From positions 32,001 through 96,000 of the forward strand of contig JBFWNL010000002.1 in assembly GCA_050251055.1 (NCBI GenBank): a stretch of 64,000 nt of DNA. Direction: 5' to 3'. This document shows, piece after piece, positions 51,562 to 60,943 of this stretch. The position numbers and the translations under genes were made by a program. The notes beneath the pieces are model-generated. The model was given only the letters and a program-made list of their open reading frames with translations, ran no database searches and had not been told where the DNA came from. The DNA is from Bacteriovoracia bacterium. Lineage in GTDB: Bacteria; Bdellovibrionota; UBA1018; JBFWNL01. Positions within the stretch are counted from its first letter, which is position 1; every line of letters begins with the position of its first letter.

Positions 51562-52392
51562 ATGCAACTTCTGCGATTAAGCTTAGTCCTAGCCTTAACG
51601 ATTGGACTCGGTAGCGTAAGCCTCGGCCACGCGCAAGAGTCGTCCTCCGATTCGCTTTCGGGCTCTAATACGGCCAAGCTGAGCGGCATCGACTATTCGG
51701 CGGCGTTACGGGCTCGCAGCTACCCCTTCGGGGCCAACCTCGGCATCACCGGCGGGTTCGCGCGCAAGCATGAATGGACGCCCGGCTCCAACTGGAAATT
51801 CGGTTACGTGCGCGCATCCGCAAGCTACGAAACCAGCGTCGTGCTCAACCGTCTTATCGCGCAGATCGACGTCTACCCGATCTCCATCCTGGGCGTGAGC
51901 TTCGGCCAAAGCTACGGTTGGCGGGCGTTCGACAATTCCGCATTCGATTGCACCGTTTTCGTCTGTCGGGGCTTACTGCGTCGCACTTACCTAGAAGCAC
52001 GCTCCATTCTCCAGGCTTGGCGACTCACCCTCGTGAACAGCGCCCGTTTCGAGTACCTGGTACCAAGCGACGATTCGCGTCCGGGCGCCCAGTTCTCCGA
52101 CGAATCAAGCGTGCTCCCGGGTGCCTCCGGTGGAGACCACCTCTTCCGCTACGAAGGCGCCCTGGTCTACGAAATCCGCGAGCACCTTCATGCCGGCGGG
52201 TTATTTACCTGGAGCCGCATGTCGGGAACGGACACCACCCAGGACGCCGAATACGCGATCGTGAAATGGGATAACGGGCCTTGGAGCTGGGTGGGCGGCG
52301 TGGGGATGTTCTACTCCGATCGGAAACCCCGCGCCTTAAGCTTCGTGCTCTCTTTGCGCTGGACCGGCGCGAACGAATTGGGTTTATTCTAA
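51562..52392 (+). CDS. Putative outer-membrane beta-barrel protein
   Basis: Signal peptide, amphipathic strands rich in aromatic residues, C-terminal Phe. Confidence 0.65.
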   Translation: MQLLRLSLVLALTIGLGSVSLGHAQESSSDSLSGSNTAKLSGIDYSAALRARSYPFGANLGITGGFARKHEWTPGSNWKFGYVRASASYETSVVLNRLIAQIDVYPISILGVSFGQSYGWRAFDNSAFDCTVFVCRGLLRRTYLEARSILQAWRLTLVNSARFEYLVPSDDSRPGAQFSDESSVLPGASGGDHLFRYEGALVYEIREHLHAGGLFTWSRMSGTDTTQDAEYAIVKWDNGPWSWVGGVGMFYSDRKPRALSFVLSLRWTGANELGLF

Positions 52393-52394
52393 GG

Positions 52395-53012
52395 ATGATG
52401 CCAAACGCCTATCGTTTAGTAATGACCCAACGATCGCCCTTCGCGCGCCGCGTGCGTATGGCGATGCTCCGCAACCAAATCGCCCACGAGTTAACCAACG
52501 TCGAGCCCTTCAAGCCGTCGGAAGAATTTCTTCAGGCCAATCCCTTGGGGCTGGTGCCGGTTCTGATTCTACCCAACGGTGATCAAATTGCCGATTCCGC
52601 GGCTATCCTCGAATTTCTAAATGAAACCCATGGCGGGATCTGGCCGGTGGATCCGCAGGCGCGCTACCGCTCCCGCCAGCTCTCCACCCTCGCCGAGGGC
52701 CTCACGCTTTGCGCGGTCCTGCACTTTCAGGAAACCATGAAAGAAAGCACGTCCCGCACGTGGCAGGATCGCCAACGGGAAAAGATCGAACGTACATTGC
52801 GAGTGCTGGAGCGGGAACACGCGAACCCGCTTTTCTATCAGGCCAATGGCGCCGAGCTCGCGCAACCCGGGCTAGATCTGGGCGCGGCCTTGGAATACCT
52901 AGAGTTCCGCTTGCCGGACTTCAAATGGCGCGAACACGCGCCCAAGCTCACGTCGCTCTACGATAAATTCACCCGCACCCCGGGCTACTCCGAAACTCGC
53001 CCCAGCGTTTGA
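52395..53012 (+). CDS. Glutathione S-transferase family protein
   Basis: SPFARRVR, NPLGLVPVL, DSAAILEFL, ALEYLEFR. Confidence 0.88.
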   Translation: MMPNAYRLVMTQRSPFARRVRMAMLRNQIAHELTNVEPFKPSEEFLQANPLGLVPVLILPNGDQIADSAAILEFLNETHGGIWPVDPQARYRSRQLSTLAEGLTLCAVLHFQETMKESTSRTWQDRQREKIERTLRVLEREHANPLFYQANGAELAQPGLDLGAALEYLEFRLPDFKWREHAPKLTSLYDKFTRTPGYSETRPSV

Positions 53013-53425
53013 GAGAGCGCGGACATCACGTCGGCGTCGAGCGGCCGAGGCTTACCCTCGCGGTCGATGCATCCTAACGTCGTTGAAGCCGTACCCAAAA
53101 GCTCATCCCCGCGCCAGATCTCGTAATCGAAACGAATCTTGAGCCGTTTAAGCTCCGAGATCCAGCTCACGATGGTAAGTTCGTCGTCGTAGCGGGCGGG
53201 ACGCCGGAAACGGCACCCGAGTTCGATTACGGACATCAAGATGCCCCTCGCCTCTAGGTCCCGATAGCGGAATCCTTGTTCACGCAGGAAATCCGTGCGC
53301 GCGACCTCCAGCCACAGCAGGTACTGCGAATGATGCGCAACGGCCATCTGATCGGTCTCGGCGTAACGGACGCGGATCGCGGAGCGACAAATCTTTGCCG
53401 GTTTCATACCCTTTTCCCGATGCAT
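52985..53425 (-). CDS. YbgC/FadM-family acyl-CoA thioesterase
   Basis: RVRYAETDQMAVAHHSQYLLWLEVAR, PARYDDEL. Alternative start at 53407. Confidence 0.9.
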   Translation of the reverse strand: MHREKGMKPAKICRSAIRVRYAETDQMAVAHHSQYLLWLEVARTDFLREQGFRYRDLEARGILMSVIELGCRFRRPARYDDELTIVSWISELKRLKIRFDYEIWRGDELLGTASTTLGCIDREGKPRPLDADVMSALSQTLGRVSE

Positions 53426-53505
53426 TGCCGCGATGCTACCGCACGCCTAGCTCGGGGCGCAAAAGAAAATTGCCTGTCCCACGTTCCTTGCTTAAACTAA
53501 TCAGG

Positions 53506-54150
53506 ATGACTCGCCCGGCGATTTTCGGCTTCATTTTCACAATCATGACTGTCTGGATGTCCGGGTGTATGGTCGTTAGCAAGGCTGAGCGCAATGGCGA
53601 TTCACTAGCCCGGGCCATCGCGGCCGCGGGCGATCCCGACGCAATCTATACCTACGACGCCGAGAGCGGCACCTGCCGGAACGCCAAACAGGAAGTCGGC
53701 CTGAATATCGTGACCCAGATCGAAGAAGTCGGCCCGTGCGCCCAACTCTCAGACACCAATTTAGTCGACGAAAACTTCGCGCTACGGGAACTCGACGGCT
53801 CCAACCTGTCTCGCTCCTACCTGACGGAGGCCCAGCTCACGGAAGCAAGCCTGGTCGGAGCCAACCTCGAGGGCGCTGACCTTACCGGCGCCGACCTTGC
53901 GAAAGCCGACCTGACCGACGCCAACCTCGCCGCCGCGATCCTCGATGAAGCCGATCTCACGGGAGCACGCCTGGATGGGGCCAATCTCTCGGGTGCCTCC
54001 CTCTTCAAAACCAAGTTCAAAGACGTGTCGCTCGTGCAAGCAAAGCTCGACCAGCTGGATCTCACGCAACTCCTGGATGACGAAGACGTGAACTGGGAAG
54101 CGGTGAAAAAACACGCGGCCAGCCGCGAAAAAACCCTCTTCCCGAAATAA
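53506..54150 (+). CDS. Pentapeptide-repeat lipoprotein
   Basis: Lipobox MSGC; A(D/N)LxG repeats. Confidence 0.85.
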   Translation: MTRPAIFGFIFTIMTVWMSGCMVVSKAERNGDSLARAIAAAGDPDAIYTYDAESGTCRNAKQEVGLNIVTQIEEVGPCAQLSDTNLVDENFALRELDGSNLSRSYLTEAQLTEASLVGANLEGADLTGADLAKADLTDANLAAAILDEADLTGARLDGANLSGASLFKTKFKDVSLVQAKLDQLDLTQLLDDEDVNWEAVKKHAASREKTLFPK

Positions 54151-54152
54151 GC

Positions 54153-55523
54153 CTAGGGCGCTGTCACCTCGAAAACCGCCCGGCAACCGCCGGACACCCA
54201 AATCGAGCGCGCATCAAATCCCCAGCTCACGCCTTGCCGACAAGGCGAGTTCGATTTTTGCTCCAGCAACCGGGCGCTGCCGATGGGCGTAGGAGACGGG
54301 CAGGTCGAGCGGCCATTATTGACGCTCGCGCACTCCAGGCGTCCTGGTGCCGGTCCCACATGTGGGCCGCTCGTCACCCCGACCGGCACGTAGCCAATCA
54401 GCTCTTCCTGCATTCCCGGCACGCGGCCCGGGATTCCACCCCCGCCCGGCGCCCCGGCCGACGGAGTCGACGTCATCAGATAGAGGCGGCCGTTGACCCC
54501 GTTCGGGGAATTTTTCCAATAACGACGAAGCGGCATCATTCCCGTCATATTCCCGCGGGCTGGCGCAGCGAGCACGTAGCCCAATACTCCTTCGTTCTTC
54601 GCTACCCGGCTGCCGTCATCACAATTCGGCAGGATCGATTCATAGCGGATGGGAGGCTGATTGCGGGCGATCACGCCGCCGTTGCGCACGCGCGAGCATT
54701 GGTACAGAGGTGTACGACCTGGCGCGTTCACGGCGAAAACCTTGTAAGCCGGCCCCATCGGACGGTAGGAATTCTCCAAACCCCCGCCTGACTTCGGGTG
54801 AACCGGCTGATGCGACTGATCGGCGCTCAAGTAGCGATGCAAAAGAACCGTATCGTTTGGCTCCCCGCATTTTCGCCAGCGGATCGCATAATGATTTTCC
54901 AGGCTCCCGTCGAGCGAATCGACCGTGATAGAGGCGCGAGCATTGGGTCCCCCGACCGCGCGGATTTTCGTGCGGACACGCAGCTCCTTCGAGCCCTCTC
55001 CGCAGGGGGACCACATCGCGCGATCGAGTGGGATGAGATTGCGGAACAAAAAGTCGTCCGAGTAAGCCCCTTTCAACGTCTGCTCGTCGAAGGTCGCCAT
55101 GCGCACGGTGTTGTCGGTACCGAAGAAGTAACCCGATTGCAGAGTGGCGAAGGTGCCCGCGTCCAGATCCGCGTATCCTCGGTAATCTACCGAAAAAATG
55201 GTGTAAGACCAGTTCGGCGGCACGTTCAACTGCAAATTGACGATGCAGGACTTCCCGCTGTCGAGGACGGATCCGCCTCCGGCTTCCACGCTGTATTGAT
55301 CAAAAATCACGCTGATCTGCTGGGCATCCGGCGAGAGTACGGAGGATGCCGTGCCCTGAGGACAACCCTCTCCACCATAGGTAGCACCCCGAATGAAAAC
55401 TTCCGCCGGATTCGGGCCTCCCTCCTCGGCGTGAGCCACGCTCGCCAGGAAGCACCCCACCCACACCAGGCCGACCAACCCCGCCCAGATCCCACCGCGA
55501 TTCTTGCTTTTAAGCGTAATCAT
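54153..55523 (-). CDS. Secreted DUF4360 + central domain + DUF3011-like protein
   Basis: GEGCPQGT..ISVIFDQY..KSC..DYRGYADL (DUF4360); CASVNNGRSTC..QKSNSPCRQGVSWG..IWVSGGCRAVF (DUF3011-like). Confidence 0.78.
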   Translation of the reverse strand: MITLKSKNRGGIWAGLVGLVWVGCFLASVAHAEEGGPNPAEVFIRGATYGGEGCPQGTASSVLSPDAQQISVIFDQYSVEAGGGSVLDSGKSCIVNLQLNVPPNWSYTIFSVDYRGYADLDAGTFATLQSGYFFGTDNTVRMATFDEQTLKGAYSDDFLFRNLIPLDRAMWSPCGEGSKELRVRTKIRAVGGPNARASITVDSLDGSLENHYAIRWRKCGEPNDTVLLHRYLSADQSHQPVHPKSGGGLENSYRPMGPAYKVFAVNAPGRTPLYQCSRVRNGGVIARNQPPIRYESILPNCDDGSRVAKNEGVLGYVLAAPARGNMTGMMPLRRYWKNSPNGVNGRLYLMTSTPSAGAPGGGGIPGRVPGMQEELIGYVPVGVTSGPHVGPAPGRLECASVNNGRSTCPSPTPIGSARLLEQKSNSPCRQGVSWGFDARSIWVSGGCRAVFEVTAP

Positions 55524-55550
55524 TTGCCCCCCTCCCTCGGCCCCCACCTG

Positions 55551-55566
55551 AGCAAGCCATATGCCC
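55551..55566 (-). promoter_or_regulatory. Sigma-54 promoter
   Basis: Minus strand GGGCATATGGCTTGCT (GG-N10-GC) just upstream of the RBS and ATG 55523. Confidence 0.6.
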
Positions 55567-55670
55567 GACCCCCGAAATGGGAATTCCACGTCATTCCAGC
55601 CAGTTATCGGAACACTCGACCATAAAGAGCGGTGACAAAAAGATCCCCAACGTTATATGATGGGCGCACT

Positions 55671-56993
55671 ATGAAAAAGATCCTCCTGGCGATCGTCGTG
55701 ATCATCTTCCTTCTCGCCGGCGCCGCGTTCTACTCCATCATTTATACTCCGCTGCCGCTGAAATTAATCGAATCCGCGCTCAAGGCGAACGGAGTGCAGA
55801 TTTCCGGGATGACCGGAAGCCTCAATAGCGGCATGTCCATTGAAACGCTCGAGTTCAAGAATGCGGATCTCGAGCTCAACCTCAAGAACGCGCGTTTTCA
55901 GTATGCCGGTCTCTCGCGCCTAATGGCGGGCGAGCTGCTCATCGAAGACGTGAATCTGGATCAAGGTACGGTCAAGATCCTCAAGACCATGCAGGGTCGG
56001 GCACAAGGCTCCGGGTCGTCGGGGGCCACGAGCGGTGGACGAGGCCCCATCTTCTTTAAAACCTTGCGCGTGAAAATGGTGAACATCTCCAATGTGTCCG
56101 TCTACTCGTCGGCCGTGCCTTCGCGGCCGTTCGTACTGGACCGCATGATGCTGCAAGAACTGGTAGTGAACCAGAAAGGCGTCAAGGCGGAGCGCTTCAT
56201 GGTCAACAGCGGCAGCTACGACCTAGACGTACCCGCGCTCGAGGGCAAAGCCGGATCGTTCCACTTAAGCGCGCCGATCCAAGGCAAACTGAAAGCGGCC
56301 GCGTTGACCTGGTTGAAGCAGGACGTACCGTTTACCGTCGTGACCGCGTATTCACCGGCGGGGCTTGACCTTCAGTTCCAAACTTTCGATGGAAAACTCA
56401 CGATCACGCATAAACCTACGGTGATGCTGCTCGCGGAACTCAAGGACTTCAATCCCCAGGATCACCTGGTAACGGATTTGCCTTTTAGCGCCATGAACGT
56501 GAAGCTGGAGATCCAGCAGTTCGAAGCCATCCTCTTCGGCACCGTGCCAGTGTCGGGCTCCTTCAAAGCGTACGACGCTCTTTTCCAGATCACGCAGATC
56601 ACTCCTCCCGCACCTGGCCAACCCAATTTGAAGCTGGGGGTAATGGCGACGAGTTCTTTCACGCGCCCCCACGGCACGCAAAATGAGCGCTTCGAGATCG
56701 ATTTCAAACCTAATCTGATGGGTATCGCCACCGGCGCCGTAAGCCACGACCCGTGGCTGCGCCTGGACTCGAATTTCGGCCTACCACCCGCGCCGACGTT
56801 GGCCCGACTGCACTACCAGAAGGCGTACGAGGAGCTCGATGATTTGCAAAAAGCGCAGCTCGACAAGGAAGCCGCGCTTTTCGCCGCCGGCCCGGGCATC
56901 CAGCCCCTCCTGAAACTCAAAGCCGACAAGCCTAAAAAAGGGGCTAAAGGCGTAAAATCTTCGGCGAAACCTCACGCGAAAAAGAAGAAGTAA
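55671..56993 (+). CDS. Membrane-anchored beta-rich protein (AsmA/TamB-like N-terminus)
   Basis: N-terminal TM, ISGMTGSLNSGMSIETL, beta-rich body, Lys-rich tail. Confidence 0.55.
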   Translation: MKKILLAIVVIIFLLAGAAFYSIIYTPLPLKLIESALKANGVQISGMTGSLNSGMSIETLEFKNADLELNLKNARFQYAGLSRLMAGELLIEDVNLDQGTVKILKTMQGRAQGSGSSGATSGGRGPIFFKTLRVKMVNISNVSVYSSAVPSRPFVLDRMMLQELVVNQKGVKAERFMVNSGSYDLDVPALEGKAGSFHLSAPIQGKLKAAALTWLKQDVPFTVVTAYSPAGLDLQFQTFDGKLTITHKPTVMLLAELKDFNPQDHLVTDLPFSAMNVKLEIQQFEAILFGTVPVSGSFKAYDALFQITQITPPAPGQPNLKLGVMATSSFTRPHGTQNERFEIDFKPNLMGIATGAVSHDPWLRLDSNFGLPPAPTLARLHYQKAYEELDDLQKAQLDKEAALFAAGPGIQPLLKLKADKPKKGAKGVKSSAKPHAKKKK

Positions 56994-57037
56994 CCGGCTT
57001 CGGCCACCAGGTACGGCGTGACACACGCGCGGCCACC

Positions 57038-57054
57038 TGTCTAATGATTGGACA
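57038..57054. promoter_or_regulatory. Putative enhancer (bEBP upstream activating site)
   Basis: Near-perfect palindrome TGTCTAATGATTGGACA (TGTC-N9-GACA). Confidence 0.55.
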
Positions 57055-57103
57055 GCGGGGCGGCGCAAACTCCGTTTTATCCACGAGATAGCCCCTCGTC
57101 CAT

Positions 57104-57119
57104 TGGTATGCGCCTTGAA
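57104..57119 (+). promoter_or_regulatory. Sigma-54 promoter (TTGA variant)
   Basis: TGGTATGCGCCTTGAA upstream of ATG 57160. Confidence 0.55.
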
Positions 57120-57159
57120 ATGAACTGAGCCTGAGAGTTCGTTGAGAGGAAGTTTATCT

Positions 57160-57552
57160 ATGTTGTTTTTGAAGAGAGCCTTACTCACCATCATGTTGGT
57201 CCTGCCTTGTCACGTTACGATGAACGCCCTAGAGGCGGAAGCCATGGGCGCCGGATACGGTTACGGTTATGGCCCGCCCATGATGAACTACGGCGGATAC
57301 CGGCAGATGTTGCAACCCTTCCAAAATATGCCCTTTTATCCCAACGGCCCCACCAGTAACGCGATCGCGATGCAAGCGCGCATGGGTGAGATCTATCCCT
57401 ACGGCACCGGCAACCCCTACGCCGACATGCAGCTGGCCATGATGAACGATAGCTTCAACTGGACGGGCGCGCCCACCATCGGCGCCGGTATTGGCGCTCC
57501 GGTCGGAGGGGCCGCTATTGGCAACTGGCAGCGTTACAACGCCGCCTGGTAA
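57160..57552 (+). CDS. Small secreted Gly/Tyr/Met/Pro-rich protein
   Basis: GAGAGG RBS, signal peptide, low-complexity mature part. Confidence 0.72.
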   Translation: MLFLKRALLTIMLVLPCHVTMNALEAEAMGAGYGYGYGPPMMNYGGYRQMLQPFQNMPFYPNGPTSNAIAMQARMGEIYPYGTGNPYADMQLAMMNDSFNWTGAPTIGAGIGAPVGGAAIGNWQRYNAAW

Positions 57553-57553
57553 C

Positions 57554-57584
57554 AAAAAAAGGCCCCGGAATTTCTTCCGGAGCC
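57554..57584 (-). terminator. Intrinsic terminator between convergent genes
   Basis: Minus strand GGCTCCGGAA-GAAA-TTCCGGGGCC followed by T7. Confidence 0.75.
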
Positions 57585-57616
57585 CTTCCCAAAAACCCTA
57601 AGCTTTTGTGTCGACG

Positions 57617-58360
57617 TTATTCGGCCAAGTAGAGCATCGCTTCTTCGCTCAGCACGAGCTTGCCGTCCGTCTTGCCTTTCGTAGCTAGGTCGTAAACCCA
57701 ATTCGAAAGCGGTGGTGCGATCCACGTCTTCATCACGAAGCGCGGGATCTCGGAGGCTAGGCCGCAAACCGAGCCGATGGCTCCGGCGCCGAACGTGATA
57801 CCCGTGCAGCTCCCGCGGCAAGCCCAATAAATCACGATCGCCGCGAAAGGCACGAAATGCTTTTGGTATTCCACCTTGTCCCAGGTATCGCCATTGCGCT
57901 GGTCGCCCTTGGGTTGGAACACCACCGGCAGGACGTAATTGATGGTGTTGATGTCGTCGAGCTTCATGGCCTTGAGCACGAGATCGCCGAAGGTCATTTC
58001 GAGCTTTTTGTAGAAATCCGCTAGCCACTGATTAAGCGGCGCGTGGTCACCCACATCCAGCACGGAGAGATTCAAGAAATAGCTGGCATACTGCCGCTTC
58101 CATTCCTTCTCGAAACGGTCCGCGAGCTCCGTATAGCCCTCAAGGCGGAATTTACTGACGCCGGTACCGACGATCGCGTTAAGCGCTAACTGCGTCTTGC
58201 GGTTCAACTCCGCTTTTCTGAATTCCTTGATCACCGAACGCGACTCCTTGAGCGTGACGTCCACGCCCGTGGCGGCGGAAGCCGAATCAATCGCGAATGA
58301 CGCGCCGAAAATTCCAAAAAACCCAAAAACCACCGCGGTGGCGAATATCCATTTCTTCAC
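57617..58360 (-). CDS. Secreted hypothetical protein
   Basis: GTG start with GGAGG RBS, signal peptide, strong codon bias, three Cys. Confidence 0.72.
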   Translation of the reverse strand: MKKWIFATAVVFGFFGIFGASFAIDSASAATGVDVTLKESRSVIKEFRKAELNRKTQLALNAIVGTGVSKFRLEGYTELADRFEKEWKRQYASYFLNLSVLDVGDHAPLNQWLADFYKKLEMTFGDLVLKAMKLDDINTINYVLPVVFQPKGDQRNGDTWDKVEYQKHFVPFAAIVIYWACRGSCTGITFGAGAIGSVCGLASEIPRFVMKTWIAPPLSNWVYDLATKGKTDGKLVLSEEAMLYLAE

Positions 58361-58469
58361 AGCAAGCCCTCCTATGGCTCCCCATTTAAAAATCCAACTG
58401 CTTTTAGGATCGCCTAATTCTATCCAAGAATTGGTTTTATGTAATGGATTTGTTAAGTTGAAATCTCTC

Positions 58470-59831
58470 ATGCGCATTCACTTCTTTCCGGCATTACTTC
58501 CCTTGACCGCCGTACTGCCGTGGCTACTAAGCGCCGTCGGGGTTGTCGCAAGTTTCTTCGTCCGTCGGGGACGTTTCCGAACCGCCGTCAAGGTGTTGGC
58601 GGTTACTTGTCTCGTCGGCGCGGCGGCGCTTTTCGCGCGCCACTGGCAGAAGCAAAAATCACTTCAAGGAAGCCGCCTCACTCCCGTGGATGCGCTTCCC
58701 GTGTCAACGCCCGCGGAGGTTCCGACACCCAGCGCGGGGGGAGTCTCGCCCACGCGACTAAAAGGCTGGGAGCGGCTGAGTCCCCGGCACAACCTCTCCA
58801 CTCCCGCCATCGGCGACGGCCTGGTTCTAGTCGGCACCACGGAAGGAACCTTGGATGCCTATCGGCTTGGGGACGGAGCCCCGCTCTGGAGCCTACGCAA
58901 GAGCGAGCCTATTTACGTCCGCCCCGCTATCGTTGGTGTTCGCGCCTACGTGGGAGAAGGCTTGCATACTGCGATGAGCTCAAAACTCACGGCGGTTTCC
59001 CTTCCCGACGGGAAGCCCATCTGGGAGCGTCAGTTCTTAGGGCACCTGGAGGCGACTCCGCTGGTGGATGCCACGACAAATACGCTCTGGTTCGGCGCTG
59101 GGCCCCAGGGGGCCTGGGCTCTCGACACGGAATCGGGTGAAGTACGCTGGCGAGCGGAGATCGGCCACGTCGACGCCACCCCGCTACTCACCGCCGACCG
59201 CAAGCTCCTAGTAATCCCCGCCCACGTGGAAACCGATCCTTCTCAAACCATACTCTATGCGCTGGAACCCGAAAGTGGCCGCGAGATCTGGCGTCTGCCT
59301 CTGCCCGGCCAACCCTGGGTCGCACCGCTGGAGGATCGCGCCACCGGGAATATTCTGGCGACCACCTCGGTCGGTCGACTAGGCCCGCGCACCCCTGACG
59401 AAAGAGGCTGGGCGTTCGCCATCCGTCGGACGGGGAGCGCCCCTATGATCGAATGGCAACAGCCCTTCCCAGGCATGCCCCTCTTCAACGGCGCCCAGGA
59501 TCCCGAGCTTCGCATCACGTTCCATAGCTTGAAGGCGGGGCAGATTCTCGCGTTAGAGAATCGCACGGGGAAAATCCAGTGGTCGATCCATCTCGGAGCG
59601 GATCTGCACGCGCCCGCCACCTGGTTGGGCGGCAAGCCCGCGCGGCTTGGCGCGCTCACGGTAGACGGTTTTTTACACTTGATCGATCCCAGAACGGGCA
59701 AGCGCGTCCGCAAACTTCCCTTCAGTGTCGGCAGCAGTTCTTCGCCCGCCGCCGCCGAAATCGGCGGAGAAAGCGCGATCATCGTCGTGACTCCGGAGGC
59801 GGTAGCCATGCTACCGGCAGCGGAAAAATGA
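58470..59831 (+). CDS. Membrane-anchored PQQ-like (BamB-type) beta-propeller protein
   Basis: Two N-terminal TM segments; repeats AYRLGDGAPLW, ALDTESGEVRW, ALEPESGREIW, ALENRTGKIQW. Confidence 0.82.
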   Translation: MRIHFFPALLPLTAVLPWLLSAVGVVASFFVRRGRFRTAVKVLAVTCLVGAAALFARHWQKQKSLQGSRLTPVDALPVSTPAEVPTPSAGGVSPTRLKGWERLSPRHNLSTPAIGDGLVLVGTTEGTLDAYRLGDGAPLWSLRKSEPIYVRPAIVGVRAYVGEGLHTAMSSKLTAVSLPDGKPIWERQFLGHLEATPLVDATTNTLWFGAGPQGAWALDTESGEVRWRAEIGHVDATPLLTADRKLLVIPAHVETDPSQTILYALEPESGREIWRLPLPGQPWVAPLEDRATGNILATTSVGRLGPRTPDERGWAFAIRRTGSAPMIEWQQPFPGMPLFNGAQDPELRITFHSLKAGQILALENRTGKIQWSIHLGADLHAPATWLGGKPARLGALTVDGFLHLIDPRTGKRVRKLPFSVGSSSSPAAAEIGGESAIIVVTPEAVAMLPAAEK

Positions 59832-60943
59832 GCTCGCTCTGGTTACGCTTTCAAGACGACACCAGCCTTCCGGAAAACGTGGGCCCCGTCGGTCGGCGCA
59901 AGCTCGCGGAAATTTTCGACCCGCGCGACGCCGGCTCTCCCTGGTCGCGCGCCTGCGCGACGTTCGGCGCTCCCACCGCCCGCCCGAGTCCGGCGGGAAC
60001 CGGGCCGGGAAACAGCTTGGTAAACTGGTTGGCAGGAGAACCCCCTTACGTCAATTGGAGCGCAATGATCCACGCCGCGAGCCACGGATCGCTCCAAGTG
60101 GTTCCCGATCCAAAGCTTTTCTTCACCGTGCAGTCAGCGCCTGGCCTCGGAAAGTACATCTCCCTCGTTAAGCTGCAATGGCGACTGGAAAAAACGATCG
60201 AAGATTGTCTGCGATGGACACCCCCTACCGGGGAATCCTCTCCCGTTGCTTCCGGTGACGGCATCCACCAAAGCCTGCTGCTGGGGCTCGCGATTCTCAG
60301 TCTCACGCTGCGGCTCCCCACCCATACCGAGGTCGAGCTCGCTCATTGGCTCATGGAACCTCAGCAAGCGCCGCTGGCCGCCCGACGCACGTTGGAGCTT
60401 TTGCAAAAGCTGCAGATGAAGCGCACCGATCTTTCGCACTACTGGTTGGAGATATTTCCGGATGAAGCCGGAGAAACCGCCACTCCCCCAGGCCCCCTCT
60501 GCTATTGGCTAGACGAAACGGGCACACGGCGGTTTCCCACGGAAGCTGCCGGGCATTCGGAGCACCCGATGGACCACTCAAGGGGCACACCCACATCCGA
60601 GTCTCCCCCGGCAACGGCTTGGCAGGGTTCACCCGTCTGCGCGGGCCAGGTACACGGGGAAGCACGCTTCATCGATCCCATGCGCCACCCTCCCTCAGAC
60701 GTAGAAGAAGGCGCGATTCTAATCTTCGCCAAAGCTCGCCCTGACTCGGTGGAATACTTTACGAAGGCACGTGCCGTGCTCTTTTGCACGGGGGGCTTGA
60801 TGTCCCATGCCTGCACCGTCGCGCGGGAGCGTCACCTCCCATGCGTGACGGCCTTGGGGCGGGAGTTCGAGGCCCTGGCAAGGCGCCGCGAGAAGCTTAC
60901 GCTCGAACTCGATGGAACACGGGGTTCAGTGAAGCTGGTTTGA
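59828..60943 (+). CDS. Protein with PEP-utilising phosphohistidine (swivelling) domain
   Basis: ATGA overlap with the upstream gene; WQGSPVCAG..G.A, GGLMSHACTVARE, LDGTRGSV. Confidence 0.78.
   Translation: MSSLWLRFQDDTSLPENVGPVGRRKLAEIFDPRDAGSPWSRACATFGAPTARPSPAGTGPGNSLVNWLAGEPPYVNWSAMIHAASHGSLQVVPDPKLFFTVQSAPGLGKYISLVKLQWRLEKTIEDCLRWTPPTGESSPVASGDGIHQSLLLGLAILSLTLRLPTHTEVELAHWLMEPQQAPLAARRTLELLQKLQMKRTDLSHYWLEIFPDEAGETATPPGPLCYWLDETGTRRFPTEAAGHSEHPMDHSRGTPTSESPPATAWQGSPVCAGQVHGEARFIDPMRHPPSDVEEGAILIFAKARPDSVEYFTKARAVLFCTGGLMSHACTVARERHLPCVTALGREFEALARRREKLTLELDGTRGSVKLV

Noticed and set aside
53790-54000. 15-nt periodic DNA repeats
   Set aside because: Fully explained by pentapeptide-repeat coding.
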